Below, in pieces: positions 8,865 through 19,053 of a DNA stretch of 64,000 nucleotides; position 1 is the stretch's first letter, and each line of letters opens with the position of its first letter. The stretch covers positions 49,044 through 113,043 of the forward strand of contig JAJZNA010000016.1 of the NCBI GenBank assembly GCA_021848065.1, given 5' to 3'. This stretch comes from Candidatus Micrarchaeota archaeon (lineage in GTDB: Archaea > Micrarchaeota > Micrarchaeia > Micrarchaeales > CABMGC01). The notes below the pieces were generated by a model. It made no database searches. It saw nothing but the letters and a program-made list of their open reading frames with translations, and was not told the DNA's origin. Position numbers and translations under genes: made by a program.

Positions 8865-9935
8865 GTGCTCAAAATGAATTACACGAAACTGGCAGGACTT
8901 GGGCTTACTGCATTGAAGAACAACTTTGCCAGGCTTGACAGGCCTTACAAGCTGACATTTTCGATAACCTACTCATGCCAGTCTAGGTGCCTAACCTGCA
9001 ACATATGGAAGATGAGGCCTACAGGCGAACTAGACCTTAGGGAGATACAGGCATTCGCCAGGAAGAACGATTACTTTAGATGGATAGAGATAACCGGTGG
9101 AGAGCCGTTCCTTAGAAGCGACATCGTAGACATAGTAAAGGCGTTCGCAGAGTCCTCAAAATCCCTATACGTCTTGACAATGCCTACCAATTCGCTGTGC
9201 AACACCGATTCAGTAGCAAGGCGCATAGAGGAGATACTGGCGATCGGCATACCAAAGGTCTCGATAACCATAAGCCTTGACGGATATCGCGAGCTCCATG
9301 ACAGGATACGTGGCATACCTGGAAACTTCGACAAGGCTATGGCCATGGCCAGGAGGCTCAAGGAGCTCCAGTCCAGGTACCCCAACCTCTTCTTCGTCTT
9401 CGGATACACTATGTCAAAGTTCAACCAGGGCATGCTGGAGAAGACTATCTCTGCTGTAAAGGATGAACTGCCCTGGGCTGGGCCTGACAATTTCCATGTG
9501 AACGTGGGCCAGATGTCTGACATTTACTATGCAAATAAGGAGCTTGACCTAAGGCCTGATAAGGATATTGCTTCAGGAGAGATTTCATGGCTGGTAAGGA
9601 ACAGGGGTGTGCACATAGGCACGATACCAATTATAGAGAAGGCATTCCTGAAGAAGCTAATAGATTATGTAAAGACCGGCAAGAGCCCAATGAAGGGCAA
9701 ATCGATGGATGCATCACTATTCATGGATAGCTATGGCAACGTCTACCCATCAATAATGTGGGGCCGCAAAGTAGGCAGCATACGCGACACCGGCTACGAC
9801 CTTGCACCCATCTGGAAGGGCCCTGACGCAGAAGGGGTCAGGAAGCTCATATCCGAAGGGAAGGAGCCTAGCGCATGGACTGCCTGCGAAGCCTACCAAT
9901 CGATAGTGGGCAACATAGGTAGCATGATTATATGA
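8865..9935 (+). CDS. Radical SAM enzyme
   Basis: 356-aa ORF. SITYSCQSRCLTCNIW is the CxxxCxxC radical-SAM cluster motif, and ITGGEPFLR is the GGE SAM-binding motif. Confidence 0.8.
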   Translation: MLKMNYTKLAGLGLTALKNNFARLDRPYKLTFSITYSCQSRCLTCNIWKMRPTGELDLREIQAFARKNDYFRWIEITGGEPFLRSDIVDIVKAFAESSKSLYVLTMPTNSLCNTDSVARRIEEILAIGIPKVSITISLDGYRELHDRIRGIPGNFDKAMAMARRLKELQSRYPNLFFVFGYTMSKFNQGMLEKTISAVKDELPWAGPDNFHVNVGQMSDIYYANKELDLRPDKDIASGEISWLVRNRGVHIGTIPIIEKAFLKKLIDYVKTGKSPMKGKSMDASLFMDSYGNVYPSIMWGRKVGSIRDTGYDLAPIWKGPDAEGVRKLISEGKEPSAWTACEAYQSIVGNIGSMII

Positions 9936-9948
9936 TTTGGTGGCTGCG

Positions 9949-11661
9949 ATGTACATACTTGGTCTGTGGGATGGTCATGATTCTGGAGCTGCCCTGATAG
10001 CGGACGGCAAGATACTATTCGCATCCAACGAAGAGCGCTACACGGGCAGGAAGCTGGAGGTGCGCTTTCCAAGGAATGCCATAAAGGCCGCGCTTGATTA
10101 CTCTGGCGTAAGCCCCTCAGAGGTCGGGATAGTGGCATTTCCGACGACCGAATTCACCAAGACAATGTCAAGGGTCTTCCCTTTCCAGAAGGAGGCATAC
10201 TACCAGTTCAGGAGGAGGAAGATGCTAAAGCCCAGGCTTGACTGGCTTATGCATTACACTAAATATTCGATGACACGCATCGGCGTGACTCCGATGTGCT
10301 GCCCCATAAGCAGGCACATAGTTTCAAGTGAACTGCGTTCCATGGGATTCGCCAACTTCCAGACATATTGCATAGACCACCATTCGGCCCACGCTGCAAC
10401 CGCCGCATTCACATCAGGGATGAAGAAGGCACTGGTCATAACGCTCGACGGGCTTGGCGACGGCCTGTCCGGGTCCGTAAGCATACTTGACAATGGCACA
10501 CTGGAGCGCGTCAGGTCTATACCCGCGCGCGATTCGCTGGGGGTATTCTACGAGCAGGTAACCAACATAATAGGCATGCGCGAGCTGGAGGACGAGGGAA
10601 AGGTCATGGCCATGGCCGACTACTCCTTCCCGTTCGGCTTCGGCAAGAACAAGTTCAGGGATTTCTTCAAAGTTGAGGGAGTAAGCATAAAGGCCAAGTA
10701 CGGACCTGTGGCGCAGTACGACCTTCTCAGCAGGATGGCATGGTCTATGCCAAGGGAGCAGTTTGCGTACATGGCGCAGCAGCTTGTCGAGGAAATTGTC
10801 ACAAAGTTCGTTTCAAATGCCGTCGATGAGTATGGGATAGGCGCCGTGGCTTTTGCAGGGGGGCTCATGTCAAACATAAAGGCCAACATGAGGATACGCG
10901 AACTCGACGGGGTTAAGAGCTGGTACATCTTCCCGCATATGGGGGACGGGGGCATAGCGCTAGGGGCTGCGCTTCATGCAAATTACATCTACAGCGGCAC
11001 CTCGTCATACGAATTCGCCAACGCATATCTCGGGAGGTCATACGGGGAAGACGACATCAAGTCTGCCCTCAAAGGGGAGAAGGGGATAACATTCGAGCAC
11101 GATACGTCAAAGCATTCCCACGCCGCGGAGCTTATAGGAGATGACAATTATGTGATGTGGTTCCAGGGCCGCATGGAGTATGGGCCGAGGGCTCTAGGAA
11201 ACAGGTCCATACTGGCCAACGCCGCATCGGATAGCGTAAAGGAGAAGCTCAACTTATATGTAAAGCAGAGGGAATGGTACCAGCCTTTTGCACCGTCAAT
11301 GCTCTGCGAAGAGGCCGCAAGGCTTCTCAAGGACGTCAAAGGGCACGATAGGTTCATGACGATGGGGTACAGGATAAAGGATTCCGCAAAGGAGGTAATG
11401 AAATCGGTCATACATGTAGACAACACTGCAAGGGCGCAGATGGTCGGCGACGAAAATGAGAACTACCAAAAACTGCTCTCCGAAGTGAAACGCCGCTCGG
11501 GGCACGGCGTTGTTCTTAACACAAGCTTCAATCTCCACGGTCTTCCCATAGTCATGTCCCCAAAGGACGCCATACGCACGCTCAAGGACACTGGATCGAG
11601 GTATCTGTTCCTGGGCGACTATTTCGTTGAGAACAGTGCGGCAAAAGGTGCGCACCGATGA
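9949..11661 (+). CDS. Carbamoyltransferase (NodU/CmcH family)
   Basis: MYILGLWDGHDSGAALIADGKILFASNEERYTGRK is the typical N-terminus. The C-terminal VLNTSFNLHGLPIV is also typical. The track ORF starts at TTG 9937; ATG 9949 is preferred. Confidence 0.85.
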   Translation: MYILGLWDGHDSGAALIADGKILFASNEERYTGRKLEVRFPRNAIKAALDYSGVSPSEVGIVAFPTTEFTKTMSRVFPFQKEAYYQFRRRKMLKPRLDWLMHYTKYSMTRIGVTPMCCPISRHIVSSELRSMGFANFQTYCIDHHSAHAATAAFTSGMKKALVITLDGLGDGLSGSVSILDNGTLERVRSIPARDSLGVFYEQVTNIIGMRELEDEGKVMAMADYSFPFGFGKNKFRDFFKVEGVSIKAKYGPVAQYDLLSRMAWSMPREQFAYMAQQLVEEIVTKFVSNAVDEYGIGAVAFAGGLMSNIKANMRIRELDGVKSWYIFPHMGDGGIALGAALHANYIYSGTSSYEFANAYLGRSYGEDDIKSALKGEKGITFEHDTSKHSHAAELIGDDNYVMWFQGRMEYGPRALGNRSILANAASDSVKEKLNLYVKQREWYQPFAPSMLCEEAARLLKDVKGHDRFMTMGYRIKDSAKEVMKSVIHVDNTARAQMVGDENENYQKLLSEVKRRSGHGVVLNTSFNLHGLPIVMSPKDAIRTLKDTGSRYLFLGDYFVENSAAKGAHR

Positions 11662-12800
11662 GGATCGCGTTCGTGTACGATGTGCCGTATCCTTGGCATG
11701 TCGGCGGAATAGAATCGATGAACTTCAACGAGGCCCAGGAGCTTGCCAAGTGGCATGATGTACACTATTTTACAACCCGATGGCCTGGGATGAAGGGCAA
11801 TGAATTCGTCAAGGACAAGATACGATACCATGCGTATGTGGATGTCGACCAGCCAAAGATATATCCTAACGGACGCAGATCGGTGTGGCAGGCATTCCTC
11901 TTCAAGCTCTCGCTCTTCAGGATGTTCAGGTACCGTTTCGACGTGGTCATTACCAACCAGTTCCCCATACTGCATATGCCGGTAGTCAGACTGTTTTGCG
12001 CCATCACCGGGGCGAAGCTTGTTATAGAGGTGGCAGAAGCATGGGACGAGGCATACTGGAAGAAATACCTGGGGGCGTTTCCAGGAAAGCTCGCATACCT
12101 GTACCAGTGTGCAATGATCAGGGGCGCAGGCGCATACATAACCATATCAAGCAAGACAACTTCAGAACTGATGCGCATTGGCATTGGCCGCAGCGAGATA
12201 AGGGAATTTGCGCCGGCAATAGACGACAGGACGCTTGAGCGGATAAGGGCAAAAGGGGGCAGGAGGGAGAGGCGCATCATATTCTCAGGAAGGCTGATAA
12301 AGGAGAAGAGGGTTGGCAGATGGATCAGCCTCTTCGCATCTGCAGCCTCCATGGACAAATCCATAAGCGGCGTGATAATAGGCAAGGGTCCGGAACGCGA
12401 TAGCTTGGAAAGGCAGATACGTAAACTCGGCCTCGAAGGTAGACTCGGGATACGTGATTTTTTTGGGAATGTGTCTGAGTTTCATGCGTATGTCAGGGAT
12501 TCGTCAGTTATGCTGAACATGTCTGAAAGGGAGGGCCTTGGGATAATAGCTATAGAGGGCATAGCGCTCGGCACGCCTGTGCTGCTGCCCACGGACACGC
12601 CACTGCCAAAGGAAGTGAAGGACATGTGTGTCGTTGCGGACGAGAATGACATACCCTCAATGCTCGTAAAGATGTGCAACGGTAAAAAAGAGGCATACCT
12701 GAAACACAAAGGCAATCTGAACCTGTTCCGCAAATCCAAAGTGCGAGCGTTCTACGAATCCCTATTCAGGGAGATAGGCGCATCACAGAAACAGACTTAA
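11658..12800 (+). CDS. GT-B glycosyltransferase (GT4-like)
   Basis: MRIAFVYDVPYPWHVGGIE at the N-terminus, and LNMSEREGLGIIAIEGIALGTPVL, the E-x7-E region of GT4 enzymes. 4-nt overlap with the carbamoyltransferase. Confidence 0.8.
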   Translation: MRIAFVYDVPYPWHVGGIESMNFNEAQELAKWHDVHYFTTRWPGMKGNEFVKDKIRYHAYVDVDQPKIYPNGRRSVWQAFLFKLSLFRMFRYRFDVVITNQFPILHMPVVRLFCAITGAKLVIEVAEAWDEAYWKKYLGAFPGKLAYLYQCAMIRGAGAYITISSKTTSELMRIGIGRSEIREFAPAIDDRTLERIRAKGGRRERRIIFSGRLIKEKRVGRWISLFASAASMDKSISGVIIGKGPERDSLERQIRKLGLEGRLGIRDFFGNVSEFHAYVRDSSVMLNMSEREGLGIIAIEGIALGTPVLLPTDTPLPKEVKDMCVVADENDIPSMLVKMCNGKKEAYLKHKGNLNLFRKSKVRAFYESLFREIGASQKQT

Positions 12801-12821
12801 AACTTATGTGCCAATAAGCTT

Positions 12822-15698
12822 GTGATACTCTTGATAAATTACGATGACATAGAGCAGAAGTGGCAAAAGGCGTGGGCCGATGCCAGGATATTCGAGGGTG
12901 ACATAAACCAGAAGAACCCGTACATGGTCACCGTGGCCTGGCCATACGTGAATGGCCCCCAGCACATAGGCCACATGCGAACCTTTGGCACTGCCGACGT
13001 ACTGGCGCGTTACAGGCGCATGTGCGGGTACAACGTCCTATTTCCAATGGGATTCCACGCAACAGGCACCCCAATACTTGCATTTGCCAAGAGGATAAAG
13101 AACAACGATAGGGACCTGATAGCTGACCTTGAGGTATTCCACATACCTAAAGAGGACATAGGCAAGATGACCGACCCCGTATACATCGCCAACTACTTTT
13201 CCAATGAGATCGAGCGCGGCATGCACCGTGCAGGATACAGCATAGACTGGAGAAGGAAGTTCACCTCTACGGATCCATTCTTCAGCAAATTCGTAGAATG
13301 GCAGTTCTCCATGCTTAACAAGAAGGGATACCTGGTGAAGGGAAAGCATCCCGTGGGATGGTGTCCCAATGAGAACCAGGCAGTGGGCATGCACGACACC
13401 AAGAAGGACGTGCAGCCTGACATAGAACGGCAGATAGCCGTCAAGTTCAAGCTCGAGGCTGAAGATTCATACATACTGTGCGCAACGTACCGCCCAGAGA
13501 CCCTCTCCGGAGTCACAAACCTCTTCATCAGCAACGGATCCAAATACTCCCTGTGCAAGATAGACGGACAGGAAGGCACCTACTACATTTCAAAATCAGC
13601 AGTCGCTCCAATGAAGTTCCAGATGGGGATAACCGAGATAAAGGAGGTAGAGGCTGCCGAGCTTATGTCCAAGAAGTGCACCAACCCTGTAACCGGAACC
13701 ATGCTTCGCATATTCCCAGGGTCATTCGTGAAGGAAGACGTGGGCACAGGCGCTGTTATGAGCGTACCTGCACATGCTCCTTTCGATTATTCAGAACTCC
13801 AGAAGCTCAAGGCGCAGGGCCTTGCCCTGGATGTAGTGCCTGTAAAGGTCCTAGATCTTCCTGCCAAGGAGGGTCAGCAGGGTGCTGCTGTAGATGCAGA
13901 GAGTTATGTTGATCTGCCTGCCCTGGCTTACATAAGGATGTTCGAAGGCACAATGGCAGAGACTGAGGCGCTCGAGGCGGCCACTAAACTGTCATACAAG
14001 GAGGAGTTCCATTCGGGCAAGATGTCAGCCAAGGGATACGAAGGCATGAGCATACCTGATGCCAGGAAGAAGATTTCGGACGAGCTGCTCTCAGGATCAA
14101 AGGCGCTTGAGGTATACTCCCTTGCCAATGCACCTGTCACATGCCGCTGCGGGCAGCGCGTGGTGGTTAACCTGGTGGAGCAGTGGTTCCTCAACTACGG
14201 AAACAAGGAATGGAAGGACCTTGCAAGAAATGCTTTTTCCGAAGTCGCTGTCCTTCCAGAAAAGACCAGGAATGCGTTCGACGCAGCCATAGAATGGATA
14301 GACCTCAGGGCAGTAGCGCGTGCGCAGGGCCTTGGAACAAGGTTCCCTCTCGATCCAAACTACATAATCGAGTCCCTTTCAGATTCGACAATCTACATGG
14401 CCTTCTACACTATCTCGCACTTCCTCAAGGGCATTGACGTGGAGAAGCTCAAGCCTGAACTCTTCGATTACATCTTCCTGGGCTCAGGAAAGCCAGAGGA
14501 TGTTGAACAGTCCACAGGTGTGGATTATCAGCTCGTGAAGAAGTGCCGCGATTCGTTTGACTACTGGTACCGCATGACCTCAAGGCACTCTGGCCCGGAT
14601 CTCATATTCAACCACCTCACCATGTATGTATTCAACCACGCAACCATATTCGCAAAGGAGTACTGGCCAAAGCAGATAGTGGTGAACGGCTCGGTGCTAA
14701 GTGAAGGGGAGAAGATGTCCAAGAGCCTTGGCAATATAGTGCCCCTTGTCGACGCCTTCTCAAAGTACGGCGCAGACGTTGTAAGGACGATGGTTCTTGG
14801 CGGGGCTGACCTTTTCAGCGATTCCGAATTCAGCGAGGATGCCGCAAAAGGTGTTGATGACAGGTTCTCCTACATATATGATCTAGCTTCCAAGCTGGCT
14901 TCGATGGATACGTGCGAGTTAAGGCATATGGACTATTGGCTGTATTCCAGGCTGAACAAGAAGATCAAGGATGCTAGCGCAAGGATGGAAAAGCTAGAAT
15001 TGCGCGGAGTCAGCACTGCGGTGATATATGATTCCGTCCTGGAGCTCAGGAAGTACCTTTCAAGGGGAACCCCCAACGGGATAGTTATGAAGGACTTCCT
15101 CACCGGGATAACGCTGATGCTGTCACCAATAGCTCCGCACGTAGGCGAGGAGATATGGCATCTTCTGGGGAACAACTCCTTGGTTTCTACTGAAAGGTGG
15201 CCTTCTGCAGACGACTCCCTGATAAGCGAGGACGTTGAACGCGAGGAGGACATGCTCGAGGGAGTGATATCAGACACAAAGCAGGTAATGGCCCTGATGA
15301 GGAAGAACGGGAAGGAGCCCAAGCATATCACGCTTATTGTCGCAAGCGACTGGAAGAGGACACTGTCCGAGAAGCTTGCCAAGACACGTAACATGGGGCA
15401 GGTGATGTCTGAGCTGAGCTCAGATTCTGCAAACCTCAAGGCACTGGAGGCCCAGGGCCTGGGAAGCGGGGGCATGGAGGCGGTTGCCAAGTACCTCAAG
15501 CAGATCTCCAAGAAGCCAGTGACTGTCGCTGGCATCGGGTCCGGACAGGCAGACGAGTTCAAACTTCTGGAAGAATCCGCCGGCTATCTCTCATCATCGC
15601 TAGGCTGCACTGTAAGCGTTGAAGAGGAAGCAAAGTCAAAGTCCCAGAGGGCCCCGAACGCAGTGCCGCAGAGGCCCAGCATAGACCTCTCGGTCTGA
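12822..15698 (+). CDS. leuS: Leucyl-tRNA synthetase (archaeal type)
   Basis: 958-aa ORF. YDDIEQKWQKAW, the HIGH motif as PQHIGHMRTF, and the KMSKS motif as GEKMSKSLGN. GTG start. Confidence 0.95.
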   Translation: MILLINYDDIEQKWQKAWADARIFEGDINQKNPYMVTVAWPYVNGPQHIGHMRTFGTADVLARYRRMCGYNVLFPMGFHATGTPILAFAKRIKNNDRDLIADLEVFHIPKEDIGKMTDPVYIANYFSNEIERGMHRAGYSIDWRRKFTSTDPFFSKFVEWQFSMLNKKGYLVKGKHPVGWCPNENQAVGMHDTKKDVQPDIERQIAVKFKLEAEDSYILCATYRPETLSGVTNLFISNGSKYSLCKIDGQEGTYYISKSAVAPMKFQMGITEIKEVEAAELMSKKCTNPVTGTMLRIFPGSFVKEDVGTGAVMSVPAHAPFDYSELQKLKAQGLALDVVPVKVLDLPAKEGQQGAAVDAESYVDLPALAYIRMFEGTMAETEALEAATKLSYKEEFHSGKMSAKGYEGMSIPDARKKISDELLSGSKALEVYSLANAPVTCRCGQRVVVNLVEQWFLNYGNKEWKDLARNAFSEVAVLPEKTRNAFDAAIEWIDLRAVARAQGLGTRFPLDPNYIIESLSDSTIYMAFYTISHFLKGIDVEKLKPELFDYIFLGSGKPEDVEQSTGVDYQLVKKCRDSFDYWYRMTSRHSGPDLIFNHLTMYVFNHATIFAKEYWPKQIVVNGSVLSEGEKMSKSLGNIVPLVDAFSKYGADVVRTMVLGGADLFSDSEFSEDAAKGVDDRFSYIYDLASKLASMDTCELRHMDYWLYSRLNKKIKDASARMEKLELRGVSTAVIYDSVLELRKYLSRGTPNGIVMKDFLTGITLMLSPIAPHVGEEIWHLLGNNSLVSTERWPSADDSLISEDVEREEDMLEGVISDTKQVMALMRKNGKEPKHITLIVASDWKRTLSEKLAKTRNMGQVMSELSSDSANLKALEAQGLGSGGMEAVAKYLKQISKKPVTVAGIGSGQADEFKLLEESAGYLSSSLGCTVSVEEEAKSKSQRAPNAVPQRPSIDLSV

Positions 15699-15715
15699 CA
15701 AGCTGCTGCTTATAA

Positions 15716-16444
15716 TCAGAACAGCCTCATTCCAGAATACATCATGGAGAAGAACAGCGCCACTACAAGTGCAAATACCATGTATACCACGAGTTCAACC
15801 CCAACTATGCTGAATAGGAAGAGGAACGTCACTATCATCATCGCAGCATAAACTCCCTTGTTCCATCTCAGCACCTTGCTGCCGTCAAGCGGATATATCG
15901 GAAGCATGTTGAAGAAGGCAAGCCATACGCTTATGAACATCACTATGCCCACCATCTTCTGGATGTATGGGGCCGTGGGATGCACGCCCAGATATACGCT
16001 TATTCCCAGGAATATCAGGAAGACTGCAAAGTTAGTCAGAGGGCCTGCAAGTGACACATACCCCTCTTCTTCCTTGGTGAATCTGCTGGTGTATATCATG
16101 GTGGCTCCAGGTATGCCTATCAGGAATCCTAGTGCCGCGCTGACAAGGGTTATTACGACCCCCATCTCGGACATCTTGAATGCCGCTATGGCGCCAAACT
16201 TCTGCGCGACTATCTTGTGCATGTACTCGTGGAGCACAAAGGAAAGAGTGACTGCCACGAAGGCTATGGGTACAAAGTAAATGAATCCCGAAGGGCTGAA
16301 CAGCCCGCCTATCCCTCCTGAGAAGATGAGTGCGAACGCTATGGTAAGTGCTGCGTCTGCTACCACTATGTCCCTGATCTCACCAGAAAGAGAAATCTTG
16401 CCATAGCTTACCTTCATGAAACCGCTAAATATATCTGCATACAT
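15716..16444 (-). CDS. M50 family (site-2 protease-like) membrane metalloprotease
   Basis: Polytopic 242-aa ORF with HEYMHKIVAQKFG (HExxH) and NMLPIYPLDGSKV (the NxxPxxxLDG second motif). Confidence 0.8.
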   Translation of the reverse strand: MYADIFSGFMKVSYGKISLSGEIRDIVVADAALTIAFALIFSGGIGGLFSPSGFIYFVPIAFVAVTLSFVLHEYMHKIVAQKFGAIAAFKMSEMGVVITLVSAALGFLIGIPGATMIYTSRFTKEEEGYVSLAGPLTNFAVFLIFLGISVYLGVHPTAPYIQKMVGIVMFISVWLAFFNMLPIYPLDGSKVLRWNKGVYAAMMIVTFLFLFSIVGVELVVYMVFALVVALFFSMMYSGMRLF

Positions 16445-16477
16445 TTATTAAAATGCACATCCAAATTACTCGCGTAA

Positions 16478-16550
16478 AGCCCCATAGTCTAGTGGTCAAG
16501 GATAGCGGGCTCTGAACCCGTTGACGCCAGTTCGAATCTGGCTGGGGCTA
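16478..16550 (+). tRNA. tRNA-Gln (anticodon CUG)
   Basis: Cloverleaf read by eye. Acceptor is AGCCCCA/TGGGGCT. T-arm is GCCAG-TTCGAAT-CTGGC. Anticodon stem GCGGG/CCCGT has loop CTCTGAA, giving anticodon CTG. 73 nt, no intron, no encoded CCA. Confidence 0.9.
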
Positions 16551-16846
16551 TTGCCATCTTGTGTCTCTCTTCCTCTGTTATAATTCTAGTCATGTGGTCT
16601 AGCCATATGGCTCTAAGCCAGTACATGGGACATGCCAAGCCTTCCAGACGATCCGCCCTGCGTAGACATTATTCCTGGATGATACATGGTTTCATAGTCT
16701 ACCCTAACGCATTAAATATGAAAACAAATCGTTGATACTACACATTAGATGGTTAGATCCCTTTCAAGACTTCTGATAACAAAAAGAATACCCTGCACTT
16801 GCCTGGCCTTAAGGTAGCTGCTCGTAGGGATAGCATAGCTCAGATT

Positions 16847-17758
16847 ATGGGTGACATACTTAGAACACCGCTCTCAGTACGTAATTATACTGCGAAAATA
16901 GAAGAATGCATAACATGGGGCCCTAAACATTCTGGCATATTTGATAGGTTAATATCAAATTGGTTTCGAATAGAGTATTACGGCAGCCAAGTGAGTTTTT
17001 CACATTCTGGAGATTTGATATCCTTTTCAACTCCGAATTACTTCAGTGGTAATGAGACGTACGGCAGGGCAATAGGCAGCGCGTTAACCCAGGTCAGAGG
17101 CATTGACAACTATCTGGGAGTCATTGGTGGATTGGATCCTGCACTCATACAACTGTGCTGTCTTAGTGCCGGGAATTCCCTCAGAAGCGCCAGGCTAGTG
17201 GATATGGCTGCGGAGCAGGCATTTTATGCTATGCCAAAACTCATCTCATATGATAGGGGGATGATCCATGATCTTGAAGATGGGTTATTCGCCGACCTTG
17301 TGGCTTCTAAAACCATCGGGGTTTTCCAAGATTATCCGGTAAGACTACCACACATTACCTTATCTGTAGGAAAGATCGAAAATGAGGTGGCTTCCGTTGC
17401 AGTATCTGGGATATATTTTATCTATGTATCTAACGCATTCCAGATGAATATATTTGAAAACGGCCCGGCAGGTAACTACGTTATAAAGGGCCATGCTGGC
17501 CTTGATAAAACTGGCAGTTTGCTAAATTCAATACTTGCGAATAAAAATTTCGTGCAAGGTAGCCTGATTATGATATCTGAAGCAAATAGCCACGTTTCCA
17601 TAATACTTCAGAAAAGCGCCGACGGGTTCAGCGTGTTCTCATTTGTAAGTAAGGACGCAAATCCCAATACCGGACTAGAGCACCATTCCCACACACTTGA
17701 TCTAGCTGCACAAATTGCATTCGTAAACGACTTGGCAAGTCTTAAACGATTGGATTAA
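16847..17758 (+). CDS. Hypothetical protein (orphan)
   Basis: Long ORF in the lower-GC segment after tRNA-Gln (track version starts at TTG 16799). No motif recognised. Confidence 0.45.
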   Translation: MGDILRTPLSVRNYTAKIEECITWGPKHSGIFDRLISNWFRIEYYGSQVSFSHSGDLISFSTPNYFSGNETYGRAIGSALTQVRGIDNYLGVIGGLDPALIQLCCLSAGNSLRSARLVDMAAEQAFYAMPKLISYDRGMIHDLEDGLFADLVASKTIGVFQDYPVRLPHITLSVGKIENEVASVAVSGIYFIYVSNAFQMNIFENGPAGNYVIKGHAGLDKTGSLLNSILANKNFVQGSLIMISEANSHVSIILQKSADGFSVFSFVSKDANPNTGLEHHSHTLDLAAQIAFVNDLASLKRLD

Positions 17759-18134
17759 TGACTTGCCTTGTGCCAAAAAGCCCGAGAGTCAGATTCAAAG
17801 TTCTAGCAATATGGGGCTACTGCAATCTTGCATAACTCTTACTGCCGTCCATACTGCCTCTGATAAAAATAGGAGTTTGGATAAGATTACGTGATTAATT
17901 GGTTTATATCATCTTGTCGGGCTACAAAAAGCTGATTAAAGGATTTGCTTAATGGCCGGGGGAATGGCGTACCTCTCCGCAGGGAAGATCCGGCCATATT
18001 ACGCCTTCACAATTAATCTTATGGAATTGCTCATTTATACGCATTTCGCAATGGTTTGACAAATGTGCAGTGCCATTGGGCTCTTTTCAATGTTGTAGAA
18101 ATTGCTTTTAACCACTCCGAAGCATAGTGTACTT

Positions 18135-18599
18135 ATGGCTACAGTAATAACGTCCATTCTACCCTTGGATAAAAAAACGCACATGGAGATCATGCAGCTG
18201 GCCAGGATATGCGGCGCATCTCCAAACGAAGTGATAGCCGGCCTTGCGCGCCATGGGGTTAAAGTGCATGCAGCCAACACTGCGCAGGAAGCCCTCCAGG
18301 CACTAATGCGCCGCCCTATTGCTGCTAGCCTCCCAAAGCAACAACTCTCCGGGACCTCGCAAGGCGCCATTGACGAGGCCGATGGCATCCTGATTGAGAT
18401 AGATGCAGAAACTGGCCGTAAACTGAATTTCCTGAGCAAAGCCGGTGGTAAGACACGCTCTGCTGTGCTATCGCATCTTGCAAGGACTATGGTGGATCTT
18501 GAACGCTGGCGCGAGCAGATATTCTACGATCCTGAGCTCTCAGCTTCTCTTGGCAAAGAGATGATGGTAATTCTAGGACTACCTGCTGAACGCAATTGA
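18135..18599 (+). CDS. Putative tandem ribbon-helix-helix (CopG-like) DNA-binding protein
   Basis: Two segments fit the RHH strand-helix-helix pattern: VITSILPLDKKTHMEIMQLARICGASPNEVIAGLARHG and GILIEIDAETGRKLNFLSKAGGKTRSAVLSHLARTMV. The track ORF starts at TTG 18102. Confidence 0.45.
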   Translation: MATVITSILPLDKKTHMEIMQLARICGASPNEVIAGLARHGVKVHAANTAQEALQALMRRPIAASLPKQQLSGTSQGAIDEADGILIEIDAETGRKLNFLSKAGGKTRSAVLSHLARTMVDLERWREQIFYDPELSASLGKEMMVILGLPAERN

Positions 18600-18700
18600 T
18601 GCCAATTGCAGTATTTAGGGAAATTCAGAACTTCCACTAGCATACAAAATGTACACTGCTTTTTAAAGCTATCCAGCAGAAAAGAATATTGCGACCAAAT

Positions 18701-19000
18701 ATGTATTACAAATCATATGCAAGGATAAGGAAGACCGAGAAGCTCTTGGAGAGGGTCGCATACATATCAGTCGGCTCCGATATATTTATCGCAGTATCCA
18801 CATACCTGGTGCTAAAGAATGTCCAGTACTCAAACTCACTCCTCATGCTCAGTGACTACGTCGATTTCCTATTCGTTGTCATAGCAGTATCCCTCTTCCT
18901 CATGGTCATACTGCTCAAGTATGCATCAGTCTTTCCAAAGCGCATTGACTCATTCGTTTTCAACCTGATGCATAAGAAGTACAGGCCTAGCGCAAGGTAA
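18701..19000 (+). CDS. Hypothetical small membrane protein
   Basis: Two hydrophobic stretches (VAYISVGSDIFIAVSTYLVL and FLFVVIAVSLFLMVILL). No motif recognised. Confidence 0.35.
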   Translation: MYYKSYARIRKTEKLLERVAYISVGSDIFIAVSTYLVLKNVQYSNSLLMLSDYVDFLFVVIAVSLFLMVILLKYASVFPKRIDSFVFNLMHKKYRPSAR

Positions 19001-19053
19001 AAGTGCCTGCTCGGCCTATCTTCTCATTTTTGCCCCTCAAATAAACCAAAAGC

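Noticed and set aside
17952-17997. Inverted repeat ATGGCCGG...CCGGCCAT (8-bp stem, 30-nt loop) in the intergenic region after the 319-aa orphan.
   Set aside because: The stem is short, the loop is long, and no T-run or recognisable RNA family features are present. Too weak to call a terminator or ncRNA.
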